Source: Macrostomum hystrix
Lineage: Eukaryota; Animalia; Platyhelminthes
Direction: 5' to 3'
Assembly: GCA_950097015.1 (NCBI GenBank)
Contig: CATNEN010000038.1
Span: 28,148,001 to 28,212,000 of the forward strand
DNA length: 64,000 nt
Positions 50,101 to 62,100 of the stretch are shown one piece after another. The first letter of the stretch is position 1; each line of letters begins with the position of its first letter. A model generated the notes under the pieces. It did no database searches, was not told the DNA's origin, and worked only from the letters and a program-made list of their open reading frames with translations. A program made the position numbers and the translations under genes.

Positions 50101-53100
50101 AAAAGCGAGGGCTGCCACACGCTCATATATTGATTTGGCTGCGAAGCCGGATCAGGCCGAATCAGCTTGACGAGGTCATCCGCGCTGAGATTCCCAATCC
50201 GGATGAGGATCCTCAGCTCTATCTTACTGTCACTAAGCAGATGATTCATGGACCCTGCGGGCGCCTCAATCCGAATTCGCCTTGCATGAAGGACAACATT
50301 TGCTCGAAAAAGTATCCCAAGGCTCTACTAAGTGAGACGGTGACAGGACAAGACGGTTATCCGCTGTATCGACGGAGATCACGTGAGGATGGCGGCTTTA
50401 CCACTCGCATTATTCTACGCAGCCATGGGAATGAAGAGATCGATCTGGACAACAGATGGGTCGTTCCCTACTGCCCGCTACTGTCCAAAGTGTTCAATGC
50501 ACACATCAACGTTGAGTACTGCAACTCTGTTAAATCAATCAAGTACATTTGCAAGTACGTGAACAAGGGTAGCGACCAAGCAGTGTTCAACATTGAGGGA
50601 CCTGGAGGCATAGTAAACGAATTTGACGAAGTCAATCGCTTCAAGAGCGGAAGGTATATCAGCTCCAACGAGGCAATGTGGCGAATCTTCGGATTCTCTA
50701 TTCATGAACGCCACCCATCTGTCATGCACCTCAGTGTGCACCTGGAAAACGGTCAGAGAGTATACTTTACGGAGGAGAACATCCAGCAGCGTGCTCAAAG
50801 GCCACAGGACACTACTCTTACTGCTTTCTTCAAGTTGTGCGCTGAAGACCCCTTTGCCAGGACTTTGCTGTACCACCAGGTGCCTGCCTATTACACATGG
50901 AACGCCTCTTCGAAAGGATGGAAGCGGCGGGTTCAAGGCGCTGCAGTTCCGGGCCATCCTGAAATACGACAGACTGATGCATTAGCCAGAGTGTACACGG
51001 TGCACCCAAACCACCGTGAATGCTACTACCTGCGTATATTGCTACACACCGTGATTGGTCCGACGTCATTTAGACACATTAGAACGGTGGAAGGCCATAC
51101 CTGCCAAACTTTTCATGAAGCATGTCAGCGACTGGGACTGCTGGAAGATGATGCTCAATGGAGAGCGACATTGGAGGAAGCGGCAACGGTGCGCTCACCA
51201 AGTCACCTGCGAGATCTCTTTGCCATCATGGTTGCCACCTGTGGTCTCTCTGATCCACTTCAGCTTTGGGAAACATTCAAAGAACCCATGGCCGAAGACA
51301 TTCTCTTCCGGGCGCGATTCGTGGCTCAGGAGCCAGAGTTGCCATTCACAGAAGCAGTGTTTAACGAGGCCCTGCTGCGCATTGAGGACAAGGTGCTGGA
51401 GTTGACCGATCGCTATCTAGATTCTTTTGGACTCCCAAAAGCAAACAGGACAGGACAACAGGACAACCTGTGCAGGGAGATGCTGCGAGAAAGAGGCTAT
51501 GACCAGGAGCAGCTGGGACAGTTCATAGAGGAGAATGAGCCCCGACTCATGCCTGAGCAGCTAGAGGCGTACCGCGAGCTATTGCGCAGAGTCAACAACA
51601 ACGTTGGTGGCATGGTTTTTCTTGATGCTCCAGGTGGCACAGGAAAAACATTTCTAATCAACCTCCTTCTGGCAAAGGTCAGGCAACGAGGCGACGTTGC
51701 CATTGCTGTAGCTTCCTCTGGAATTGCAGCCACCTTGCTGCCAGGCGGTCGCACTGCCCACTCAGCACTGAAGTTGCCGCTTGATCTGTCTCGAGCGGAG
51801 AATCCGCTGTGCAACATCAAGAAAAACACAGGCACTGCCAGAGTGCTTCAGGCTTGCAAGCTCATCGTCTGGGATGAGTGTACCATGTCCCACAAACTGG
51901 CATTTGAAGCACTCAACTTAACTTTGAAAGACCTGCGCAACAACAATCAACTGATGGGTGGTATCACTCTGCTGCTGTCTGGAGACTTTAGACAGACGCT
52001 GCCTGTGATTCCGCGTGGCACTCCTGCTGATGAGATTAATGCTTGCCTAAAATCATCTCACCTGTGGCCATCGGTTGTGAAGTTGCACCTACGAACAAAC
52101 ATGAGAGCTACAATTCAAGGAGACGAAACAGCTCATGAGTTCTCTGCCAATCTATTGCGAATCGGCAATGGTCTGCTGGAGATTAGCACCGAGGATGGGC
52201 AGTCATCGATCGCTACAATCGGAACCATTGTGCAGTCAGTGCAGAAGCTCAAGGCAAAAGTTTACCCGAACCTGATGGTTCGATATGCTGACGTTGACTG
52301 GCTGTCAGAGAGGGCAATTCTGTGTCCTAGAAATGATGCCGCCAACGAAATTAACTACCAACTGCTTCAGGAGTTGCCAGGTGCAGTTTTCACCTACAAG
52401 TCAATTGATACAACGTTGACTGATGACACCGCTGTGGAGTATCCTGTTGAGTTTCTGAACTCTCTAGATCCTCCTGGAACTCCATCGCACAACTTGCAGC
52501 TGAAAGTTGGGGCACCAATTATGCTCCTCCGCAACCTGAATGCGCCAAGGCTGTGTAACGGCACCAGACTGATAGTCAGGCGGCTCTTCCCACACGTGAT
52601 TGAGGCCACGATAATGACTGGATCTGGCAGAGGAGAGTCTGTGTTCGTTCCCCGGATTCCAATTATCCCCACGGACCTGCCATTTCAGTTCAAGCGACTG
52701 CAGTTCCCTGTGAGAGTGTGCTTTGCGATGACTATTAACAAGGCTCAGGGACAGTCGCTGAAGGTGGCTGGCATCAACCTGGAGACTCCTTGCTTCTCGC
52801 ATGGGCAGCTTTATGTCGCCTGCTCCCGTGTTGGAACTCCAGCTGGCCTATTCATTTTCGCACCAAGGGGAAGAACGAAGAATGTGGTGTATCCCCAGGC
52901 CTTGAGGTGACTCGCAAGCAATTAATAGAAAAGTAGTCACGAATTGACCTTGACCTGTCTAACTCTGAACTCTGAAACAGTTTAATTTTGTTTCTTTGAC
53001 ATTGTTATTGTTATGCCATGGCTATTTTCCTTATGTATACGCGTGTACATGCATACTGTATACAGAGGCAGATTTAGGGGGGGCGGGGGGGCAGTCGCCC

Positions 53101-56100
53101 CCTAAATTTTAATCATGGGAATAAGATGCCCCTACCATTTTTACTTAAAACGCCCTTTAACAAACTCTTCACTTTTCATTAATGCAGTAAATAAATAAAT
53201 GGTGACCTTCACTATAAAGTTAATACAGAGACGTGAATTGCTTACTGCTTTGCTTTAAATTTCTGCCCCAAAAACAACGGGCAAAAAAAGCTAGTTCCAT
53301 ATAAAAAAGATTTTTAACGATGAAATTTCTATAGAATAAGATGCAGTGGAAAATTCCATAGAAAAAGAGGCAGTGGAAAATTCCATAGAATAAGATGCAG
53401 AGGAATATTCCAAAGAATAGGACACAGTAGAAAATTCCATAGAATAAGATGCAGTGGAAAATTCCATAGAATATAATGCAGTGAAAAATTCCATAGAAAA
53501 AGAGGCAGTGGAAAATTCCATAGAAGATGCAGTGGAATATTCCAAAGAATAAGATGCAGTAAAAAATTCCATAGATTAAGTTAAGGGGGAAATTCCGTAC
53601 ACTAAGATGCAGCGGAAAATTCCACACAAAAATAAGCGGTCGAACTTAGAATAACAAATTTAAGTATTTTCGATTTAGCAGAAATATCCATTAAAACTTT
53701 AAAAGATTCTTGACAAACCTCACGATTTGAAGATGCCGAGCGTCGCTCTTCGGAGGTGGCACCGGCGTCGAGCGCCGCCGATTCGCCAGCAGTCTGCGTA
53801 GTCGACTCTAAAATTGACAAAGTTTCAGCAGCGGCGGCGCTGACGGCGGCAGCATCGGGCGGTTCGCTGTCTGCTCTAGAGCGCAGTTTAATTCGATTAG
53901 ATTGCGCAAATACATGATTGTGCGAATGCTGCTGCTGTTGCTGCATTAGCTGATGCTGCTGCGAGGTACCAATAGGATAAAAATCCTTAGGATATTTACG
54001 AAATCTGTCGCGCTCCCTAGCAGCAGCCAGGTCGAATAGGCACTCTTTTAGTTGCTGCAACTCGCGCCTGTCCGTTTCCCAGTCGATTTTAGAATCGTCT
54101 TCCGATGACTCATTGGGCTGAATGGAAAGAGTGAAAGATTGATTCGTCAAATGTTAGTCAAAAAGCAGACTAAATCTATCAAACGGATCAAAGAAACTGA
54201 TGTAACAGGTGATCAATCAGATCTAACAGGTAAAGAATAAGATCTAACAGGTGAAGAATCCTATCTAACAGGTTTAGAATCAGATCTAACAGGTAAAGAA
54301 TAAGACCTAACAGGTGAAGAATCCGATCTAACAGGTAAAGAATTAGATCTAACAGGTAAAGAATCAGATCTAACAGGTAAAGAATAAGATCTAACAGGTG
54401 AAGAATCAGATCTAACAGGTTTAGAATCAGATCTAACAGGTTTAGAATCAGATCTAACAGGTTTAGAATCAGATCTAACAGGTTTAGAATCAGATCTAAC
54501 AGGTGAAGAATCAGATCTAACAGGTGAAGAATCTGGCCAAATAGGTACAAGCCTCACCCCAGCGGTAGCGGTCGGCACGTGGCAGTTGTGATCAGTCAGG
54601 CATGGCAACAGAGCCGCAGTTGCTTCCCCGTCTTCATTATCGACTTCAGCGCCAGTTTGGTCGTGCGACTCGGCTTCGACCGGTTCCCCAATGGACGCGG
54701 AATTGTCCAGATGCTTATCGACAGGCGCGAGAGCTGCAAAAGCGGCCGCCGCGGCGGCTGTCTCTCTCAGAAGAAGCAACTTCTGATTTAGAACGTTGGG
54801 ATCGAGTTCCCAACCGCCGCTAGTGGCTACTACGCCAGCCTGTTGGGCGGCGCCGGTTGCCGTGGCATCGGCTACGGTTATGGCAGAGGCGGCATTTGTC
54901 GACGTCGGCCCGACGGCAACTGTCGAAGTGGTATCGTCGTCAGCTTTAGTACCGTCGGCTTCTGATGCCAGGCTTCGATTAATCGTCTTCTGTACCATGG
55001 CCTCGTAATCTTGGTGCGGCTCTGGCCAGCCCATTTTGCGGCAGAGCTGGCGATAGCGCTGTATGTAGCCAAATATAGTGGGATGACCGGCGTAGGCGAG
55101 GGCGAGACGGCGATGAAGCTCGTCTCGATCTTCTTGACTGCAGACGGATACCTGATTGGTGGGTTCAGGGTGTGGTATTTAGCATTTGATATTCTAGGGT
55201 TAAGGATTATCCATGTGTAAATCAATAGGATTAGGGGTGGTTAGTACACAAGATTATGGATTGTAAGTCCATAGGGTAAGGGACTGTAAGTCCACAGAAT
55301 TATGGATTGTAAATCCACAGAATTATGGATTGTAAATCCACAGGATTATGGATTGTAAATCCACAGAATTATGGATTGTAAATCCACAGAATTATGGATT
55401 GTAAATCCACAGGATTAGGGATTGTAAATCCACAGAATTATGGATTGTAAATCCACAGAATTATGGATTGTAAATCCACAGGATTAGGGATTGTAAATCC
55501 ACAGGATTAGGGATTGTAAATCCACAGGATTAGGGATTGTAAATCCACAGGATTAGGGATTTTAAGTCCACAGGATTAGGGATTGTAAATCCAAAGGATT
55601 AGGGATTGTAAATCCACAGGATTAGGGATTGTAAATCCAAAGGATTAGGGATTGTAAATCCACAGGATTAGGGATTGTAAATCCAAAGGATTAGGGATTG
55701 TAAATCCACAGGATTAGGGATTGTAAATCCAAAGGATTATGGATTGTAAATCCACAGAATTATGGATTGTAAATCCACAGAATTATGGATTGTAAATCCA
55801 CAGAATTATGGATTGTAAATCCACAGGATTAGGGATTGTAAATCCACAGGATTAGGGATTGTAAATCCACAGGATTAGGGATTGTAAATCCACAGGATTA
55901 GGGATTGTAAATCCAAAGGATTAGGAATTGTAAATCCACAGGATTAGGGATTTTAAGTCCACAGGATTAGGGATTGTAAATCCAAAGGATTAGGGATTGT
56001 AAATCCACAGGATTAGGGATTGTAAATCCAAAGGATTAGGGATTGTAAATCCACAGGATTAGGGATTGTAAATCCAAAGGATTAGGGATTGTAAATCCAC

Positions 56101-59100
56101 AGGATTAGGGATTGTAAATCCAAAGGATTAGGGATTGTAAATCCACAGGATTAGGGATTGTAAATCCAAAGGATTAGGGATTGTAAATCCAAAGGATTAG
56201 GGATTGTAAATCCACAGGATTAGGGATTGTAAGTCCAAATGATTAGGAAATGTATGTCCACAGGAGTAAGGATTAGATATTGTGACTTCCGACACTGTCG
56301 ACGTACTATTGACTGATCCTGATGCCACTGACGTCTTTTTATTCAAATAAGTCCTCAGGATTAGGGACTAAAAGTCTACAGGATTAGGGATCAAAAGTCC
56401 ACAGGATTAGGGATTGTAAATTCATTGGATTAGGGATGGTAAATCTGTGATAAGAAATAATAAATCCTCAGGATTAGGGTGAATCATTGGAGCAGAGGAT
56501 GAAAAAGAAGCAATAGATTTCATACCTCGTCAATCATGAAAGCAGTCAGGTAATCCAGATCGCTATACTCCGACTCAATAAATTGACAGTGAGCATTGCG
56601 CATAATATTCTCTTTGCTGAACCAAAGTCGAACGTGCACGTCCCAACGGCCCAGGCCAATGTAAATAATGTAGACATCTATGAATTGGGCCCTGCTGCCA
56701 ATCTGTTTAGTTGGCGGGTCATGATTCTCTTTGTCAACAACTAGAATGCTCTCTTCTTCGTCGTCATAGTCGGCGAAGAGATCCAAATGTTTCTTCTCTT
56801 GTTGTTGTTGCTGCTGTTGCTGTTGCTGCTGCTGCTGAAGGTCATCCGATATTATTGTACTTTCAGAACCACTGGCGACCGCACCTGAGTCGGTAGACTA
56901 AAATTGAATTTAAAAAATCCGTTAGCACTACTTCTACTGGTAGTAGTGAGTAATATGTCGCGTAAAAGAAACTAAAAACTTACAACAGTTGCTGCACAAG
57001 TGTCAGAAGTTAGCAATGATGCTGAGCTTGAAGGAGGTGATGCGATCATTGTCGATTGCTGCTGCGAAGGAGGCTGCTGCTGCTGCTGCTGCTGAAGCAT
57101 CAATGGTCGGTCCTTGTCGCCAGCAACTAACATTTTCTGTTGCTTATTATTATTATCGGCAGGGGTATCGGAAGCGCTGGAAGCTGCCGAAGCAGTTAAA
57201 ATGCCACCCGAGGCCATCGCGCCAGAATTGGCCGCTAAACCACTGGCCGAGGTGGAGTGAGACATTTGCCGTATGATTAGATTCGCTGTTGCGACTTCCG
57301 ACACTGTCGACGTACTGACGACGGATCCTGATGCCACCGAAGTCTTTTTATTCGACAATGATTCATTTTTAGTTGTAGCCGAAATTGTAGTTAGTGTCGA
57401 ATTCTCCGATTGATTACTTGTAGTAGTTTTTAGTACAGAAATCAAATCTGAAGCTGCATTTTGTTGCTGCTGCTGCTGCTGCTGCTTAGACTGCTGTTCA
57501 AATCCAACAGACGATGCGGATGATAGTTGTTGCATAATGTTTGACTGCTGCTGCTGCGAAGATGACAAAGAGCTAGACTGAGAGGCGGAGGACTGCTGCT
57601 GCTGCTGCTGCTGCTGTTGCTGCTGAGAAGACGTGCGAGCAATAGCGTTGCTGCTTGAATTTCCGCCACTTTGCTTTGCTCGAGCCAGACCGAAGATCGG
57701 ATAGAATCCGTACCTGGCGACGTTTATGAGCTAAATATTACCTGCTTGAATTTATGGACTGCCTCATCACCTCTGCCTCTCATCATCTCTTTCGTCTAAT
57801 ATCTCCCGTCTCATCCCTTCTTTTTCTAATATACCCTTACTTTATCCTTTCCCTGTCTCCTATCTTTCATCTTTCGTATCTCCCGTGTCTCATCCCGACC
57901 CTGTCTTATCTCTACCCTGTCTCAACCCTACCCTGTCTCATCCCGACCCTGTCTCAACCCTACCCTGTCTCATCCCTACCCTGTCTTATCTCTACCCTGT
58001 CTCATCCCGACCCTGTCTCATCCCTACCCTGTCTCATCCCTACCCTGTCTCATCCCTACCCTGTCTCATTTCGACCCTGTCTCAACCCTACCCTGTCTCA
58101 TCCCTACCCTGTCTTATCTCTACCCTGTCTCATCCCTACCCTGTCTCATCACAATCCTGTCTTATCTCTACCCTGTTTCATCCCTAATCTGTCTTATCTC
58201 TACCCTGTCTCATCCCTACCCTGTTTCATCACAATCCTGTCTCATCCCTACCCTGTCTTATCTCTACCCTGTCTCATCACAATCCTGTCTTATCTCTTTA
58301 ATAAAAAACATATCCCCAATACGTATACTATAAAATGTTTTACCCATATATAAGTCTGACCTGATATCTTCAAGAAATCGCACAGTCATAGATAGGGAAT
58401 AGGTCATCTCTTTGACGTAGCGAGTGCGTTCAATGCCATCTTTGGTCATCTTACAGATGACAGTATCATTGTCGAATTTGTCATTGAAGTGATCGACAAG
58501 TTCCTGTAGGCGACTGTTATCGCCGCGTCTTTCGGCTGGGACTGGAAAAGTGCGTTTTTGTTTTGCTTATCAGCGACTAGGGTAATGATCAATTATCAGA
58601 GGGTAATGACCAATTATCAGAGGGTAATGACCAATTATCTGAGGGTAATGACCAATTATCTGAAGGTAGTGACTAATTATCTGAGGGTAATGACCAATTA
58701 TCTGAAGGTAGTGACCAATTATCTGAGGGTAATGATCAATTATCAGAGGGTAAGAACCAATTATCTAAGGGTAATGACCAATTATCTGAAGGTAGTGACT
58801 AATTATCAGAGGCTAATGACCAATTATTTGAGAAGTAATTACTCGTTTCCGGAGGGTAACGATTCATTATAAAAGAGAAATGACCGATTAATAGAATAGG
58901 ATGGCTTGGGCTAGCGACTCATTATAATAGAAATAAAAGCAGAACTCACTGTAAGAAACCAGAGCCGTGCCAGACAGAATAACCAGAGATGGCACTTCAA
59001 CTAACGCCCTGTGCTGATAGAGTTCAGTTAGCGACAGACGCTTAGTCGGGTCGGATTCTAGACAGCCGGCGAAAAACTCGCGCATATCCGCATCAACAAC

Positions 59101-59149
59101 TCTAGCTAGCATTGCTTCTATGCGATGCTCGCGCGAATTCTGCTGCTGC

Positions 59150-59187
<38 letters not shown>

Positions 59188-62100
59188 ACTAGATTCGTTA
59201 GCGGACGATTCCTTTGCATCCCAGGCAGCAATCTCTAAAGATAATAAGCCAACCGCGTAGATATCGCTGGCTAGATTAACTTTAACGATTATTGGTGGCG
59301 GCGACTGAGGCGCCACATTATCTAAGGACTCTTCAGAGGACTTTACTATTGGCGCTTCTTCTGTCTGCTGCTGCTGCTGCTGCTGCTGGCGACACTCAGG
59401 GGCCAAATAGGCCACACTCTGCGGTACCCTCGAATAATCTGCTAAACGTTGACGGGAGGCGCCGAGGCACTGGCTAATAGCGAAACAACCAACTTTCAGT
59501 GTGCCGCTAGTGTGATAGTGGATCGATTCACTGCTGAGATTGCCGTGTACAATGCCTGCATCTGATAGGAATCTGCGGGTTTGTATTTTTTATAAGGCCG
59601 GAGATTGGCAGCAGGATTATGGATTAGGATCGAGATTGTGATTATGGATTAGGATTGAGTTTGGGATAATGGATTAGGATTGAGATTGGGATAATAGATT
59701 CGAATCGAGATTGGGATTATGGATTAGAATCGATATTGATTAAGGGTTGGATTAATAACTATCAGTTGAATGGTGTCAAAATACAGCACTGAAATTCAAC
59801 AGTTTTACTTAAAATATATTGTTTAAATAAAGATTCTTACTTGATAACAGACAACAGAATGCCCGTGTACTTCTTCCACATCAGATTGGTGATCTTGGAG
59901 TTGCTCAAGTACTGCTTTAGCGAGCCCTCTTCTGTACGCTCAGTAACAAAGACAAACTTGGACTTGCCATCTTCTAGCTGAGCAGTCCAAAAGTCGAGAA
60001 TGCGCACCATTGAAGGATGATTGATGCGCTTCAGCTTGCGAAACAGCGACTGTTCAATTATCGATTAAATATAATGGATCAAAGATTATCTGCCGCCTTT
60101 AAACAAGTCTGACTAATTCAACCATTTCTTACGTAACACAGTTTGAAGTGATTAGAAACATACGTGCCACATCAAATAAACAGTCAGTTAATTGATCTAA
60201 TGACTTCAAAGTAACCGCCATTAATTGATTTTATATTGCGACTTTAAAGGAACCACCAGTTATTTAATCTAATGTGGTCAAAGGAAACCGCCAGTTAATT
60301 GATCAAATTGCTTACTGCCTAAAAATTAATCTACAGCACTATATATCAGCATCAACTAATTTGATGAAGATCGTGGAGCTATATTAAGCCTGGTATCATC
60401 CTGCTTCAGGAACCCTGGCTTCGCAACGGTAAGTTGCCAAATATCCCTTACGGCTACTCTGATTTCTATCTGTGTGGCCCGGGAACAAACCGCCCTCGAG
60501 CGGCTATCCTCGCCGCCAACCACCTCAAGGCTTGGCTGAGGACCGACCTTTCAGATGGAGATCTCTGTGTCATCCAATCTGACTCTCCATGCACGGAGAT
60601 GCTTCATCGCCTCGATCTATATCCCGGGTGATGGAGATCCTGCTCTGGAGAGCCTGTTACGCCGGGCGCAGTACTGCGAAGCCCAGAAAGCTGAGCTGAT
60701 CGTGGGGGTGACCTCAACGCCCACCACAAGCACTGGGGCAGTAATAACACCAATGCTAGAGGAGAGGAGCTTCTCGCTCTTCTATCCAGCACGAATCTCA
60801 TGCTCTGCAACCGCGGCAGCACTCCAACTTTCAACAATGGCAGATGGAATGATGTTCTCGACGCGACCATGGCCACCCCCCGGCTATTCAATAGCATCGA
60901 GGCGTGGAGGGTCTGGCTCGATGAACCATCCTTGTCTGACCACAGCTTCGTAGCTTTCAATATTGCGGGTGTTAATCAGCGATCCCTAATCACTTGGAGA
61001 CGCAACATCCGTAACACTGACTGGACGGCCTACACAGCTATCCTAGAGTCTCACCTGCAGGAGCTCATGGAGGAAACTCCTATGATCAACTGCCAGGAAG
61101 TGGACCGCGCGGCGGAAAAGCTTACAGGCTGCATTACTGCAGCCTACGAAGCTGCCTGCCCTATCCGTGCCTACAAAGGCAAATCCTCAGCGCCGTGGTG
61201 GAACCCGGAGTTGGGGAAACTCGGACACAGGGCAAAAACCCTGCATCGCCGTGCCATGAAATCTTGTAAGCCGGAGGACATGGAAAGCTTCCGCTCGGCC
61301 TCGAGGGACTTCAAACGCGAGATCCGCAAGGCCAAGGAAAGTAAGTGGAGACAATTCTGCGATGAATTGGACAAAGACAAGCTTACCTCTAGGCTTGTCA
61401 AAGCGCTTTCTGTGGACAAGATGTCCAAGCTAGCCGTGATCAAGAATGATGATGGCTCTCTTACCAAAGAACCACAGGAAGTACTCCAACGCATGCTAGG
61501 CAGTTTCTTCCCACCGGTTCCCACAGCCAACATGGAGCCAAACTACTCGCTGGAAGGCGACATCCTGGCGACAAGCATCATCAATGAAGACCTAATTGCT
61601 CGTGCCGTTAGGACCTTCAAAACTTTCAAGTCTCCGGGACCTGATGGCATCTACCCAATCCTTCTTCGCGAGGCGGCGAAGATCCAGAAGTTCAGGAGTA
61701 TTACCTGCAACCTCATGCGGGCATCGATCCGGCTAGGGTTTGTGCCCAGCTGCTGGACAAATGCTCGGGTGGTCTTCATACCCAAGCCAGGGAAGGGAGA
61801 CCTTCATACCCAAATGGGCAGCTGGTAGCAACCCACGCCCAACACCTGGCGTCGACTCCAGTGTCTTCCAGAATGAGGTCCTTGCCTCGCTACCTGTAGT
61901 TTTTGCAACTCAGGTGACGAAACCGCTGAACATTTTGTCAGCATCTGCCCCGCCTTCATGCGGGACAGAATTACCTATCTGGGGCCACACACTTCCATCC
62001 AGGAAGCATGTAAACCCGAAAATATTAATCAGCTCATGCGCTACCTTCGGGCCACCCGCAGAGCTGAACTTCCTCTTCCAGGGAGCAACGTGGCTGCGAA

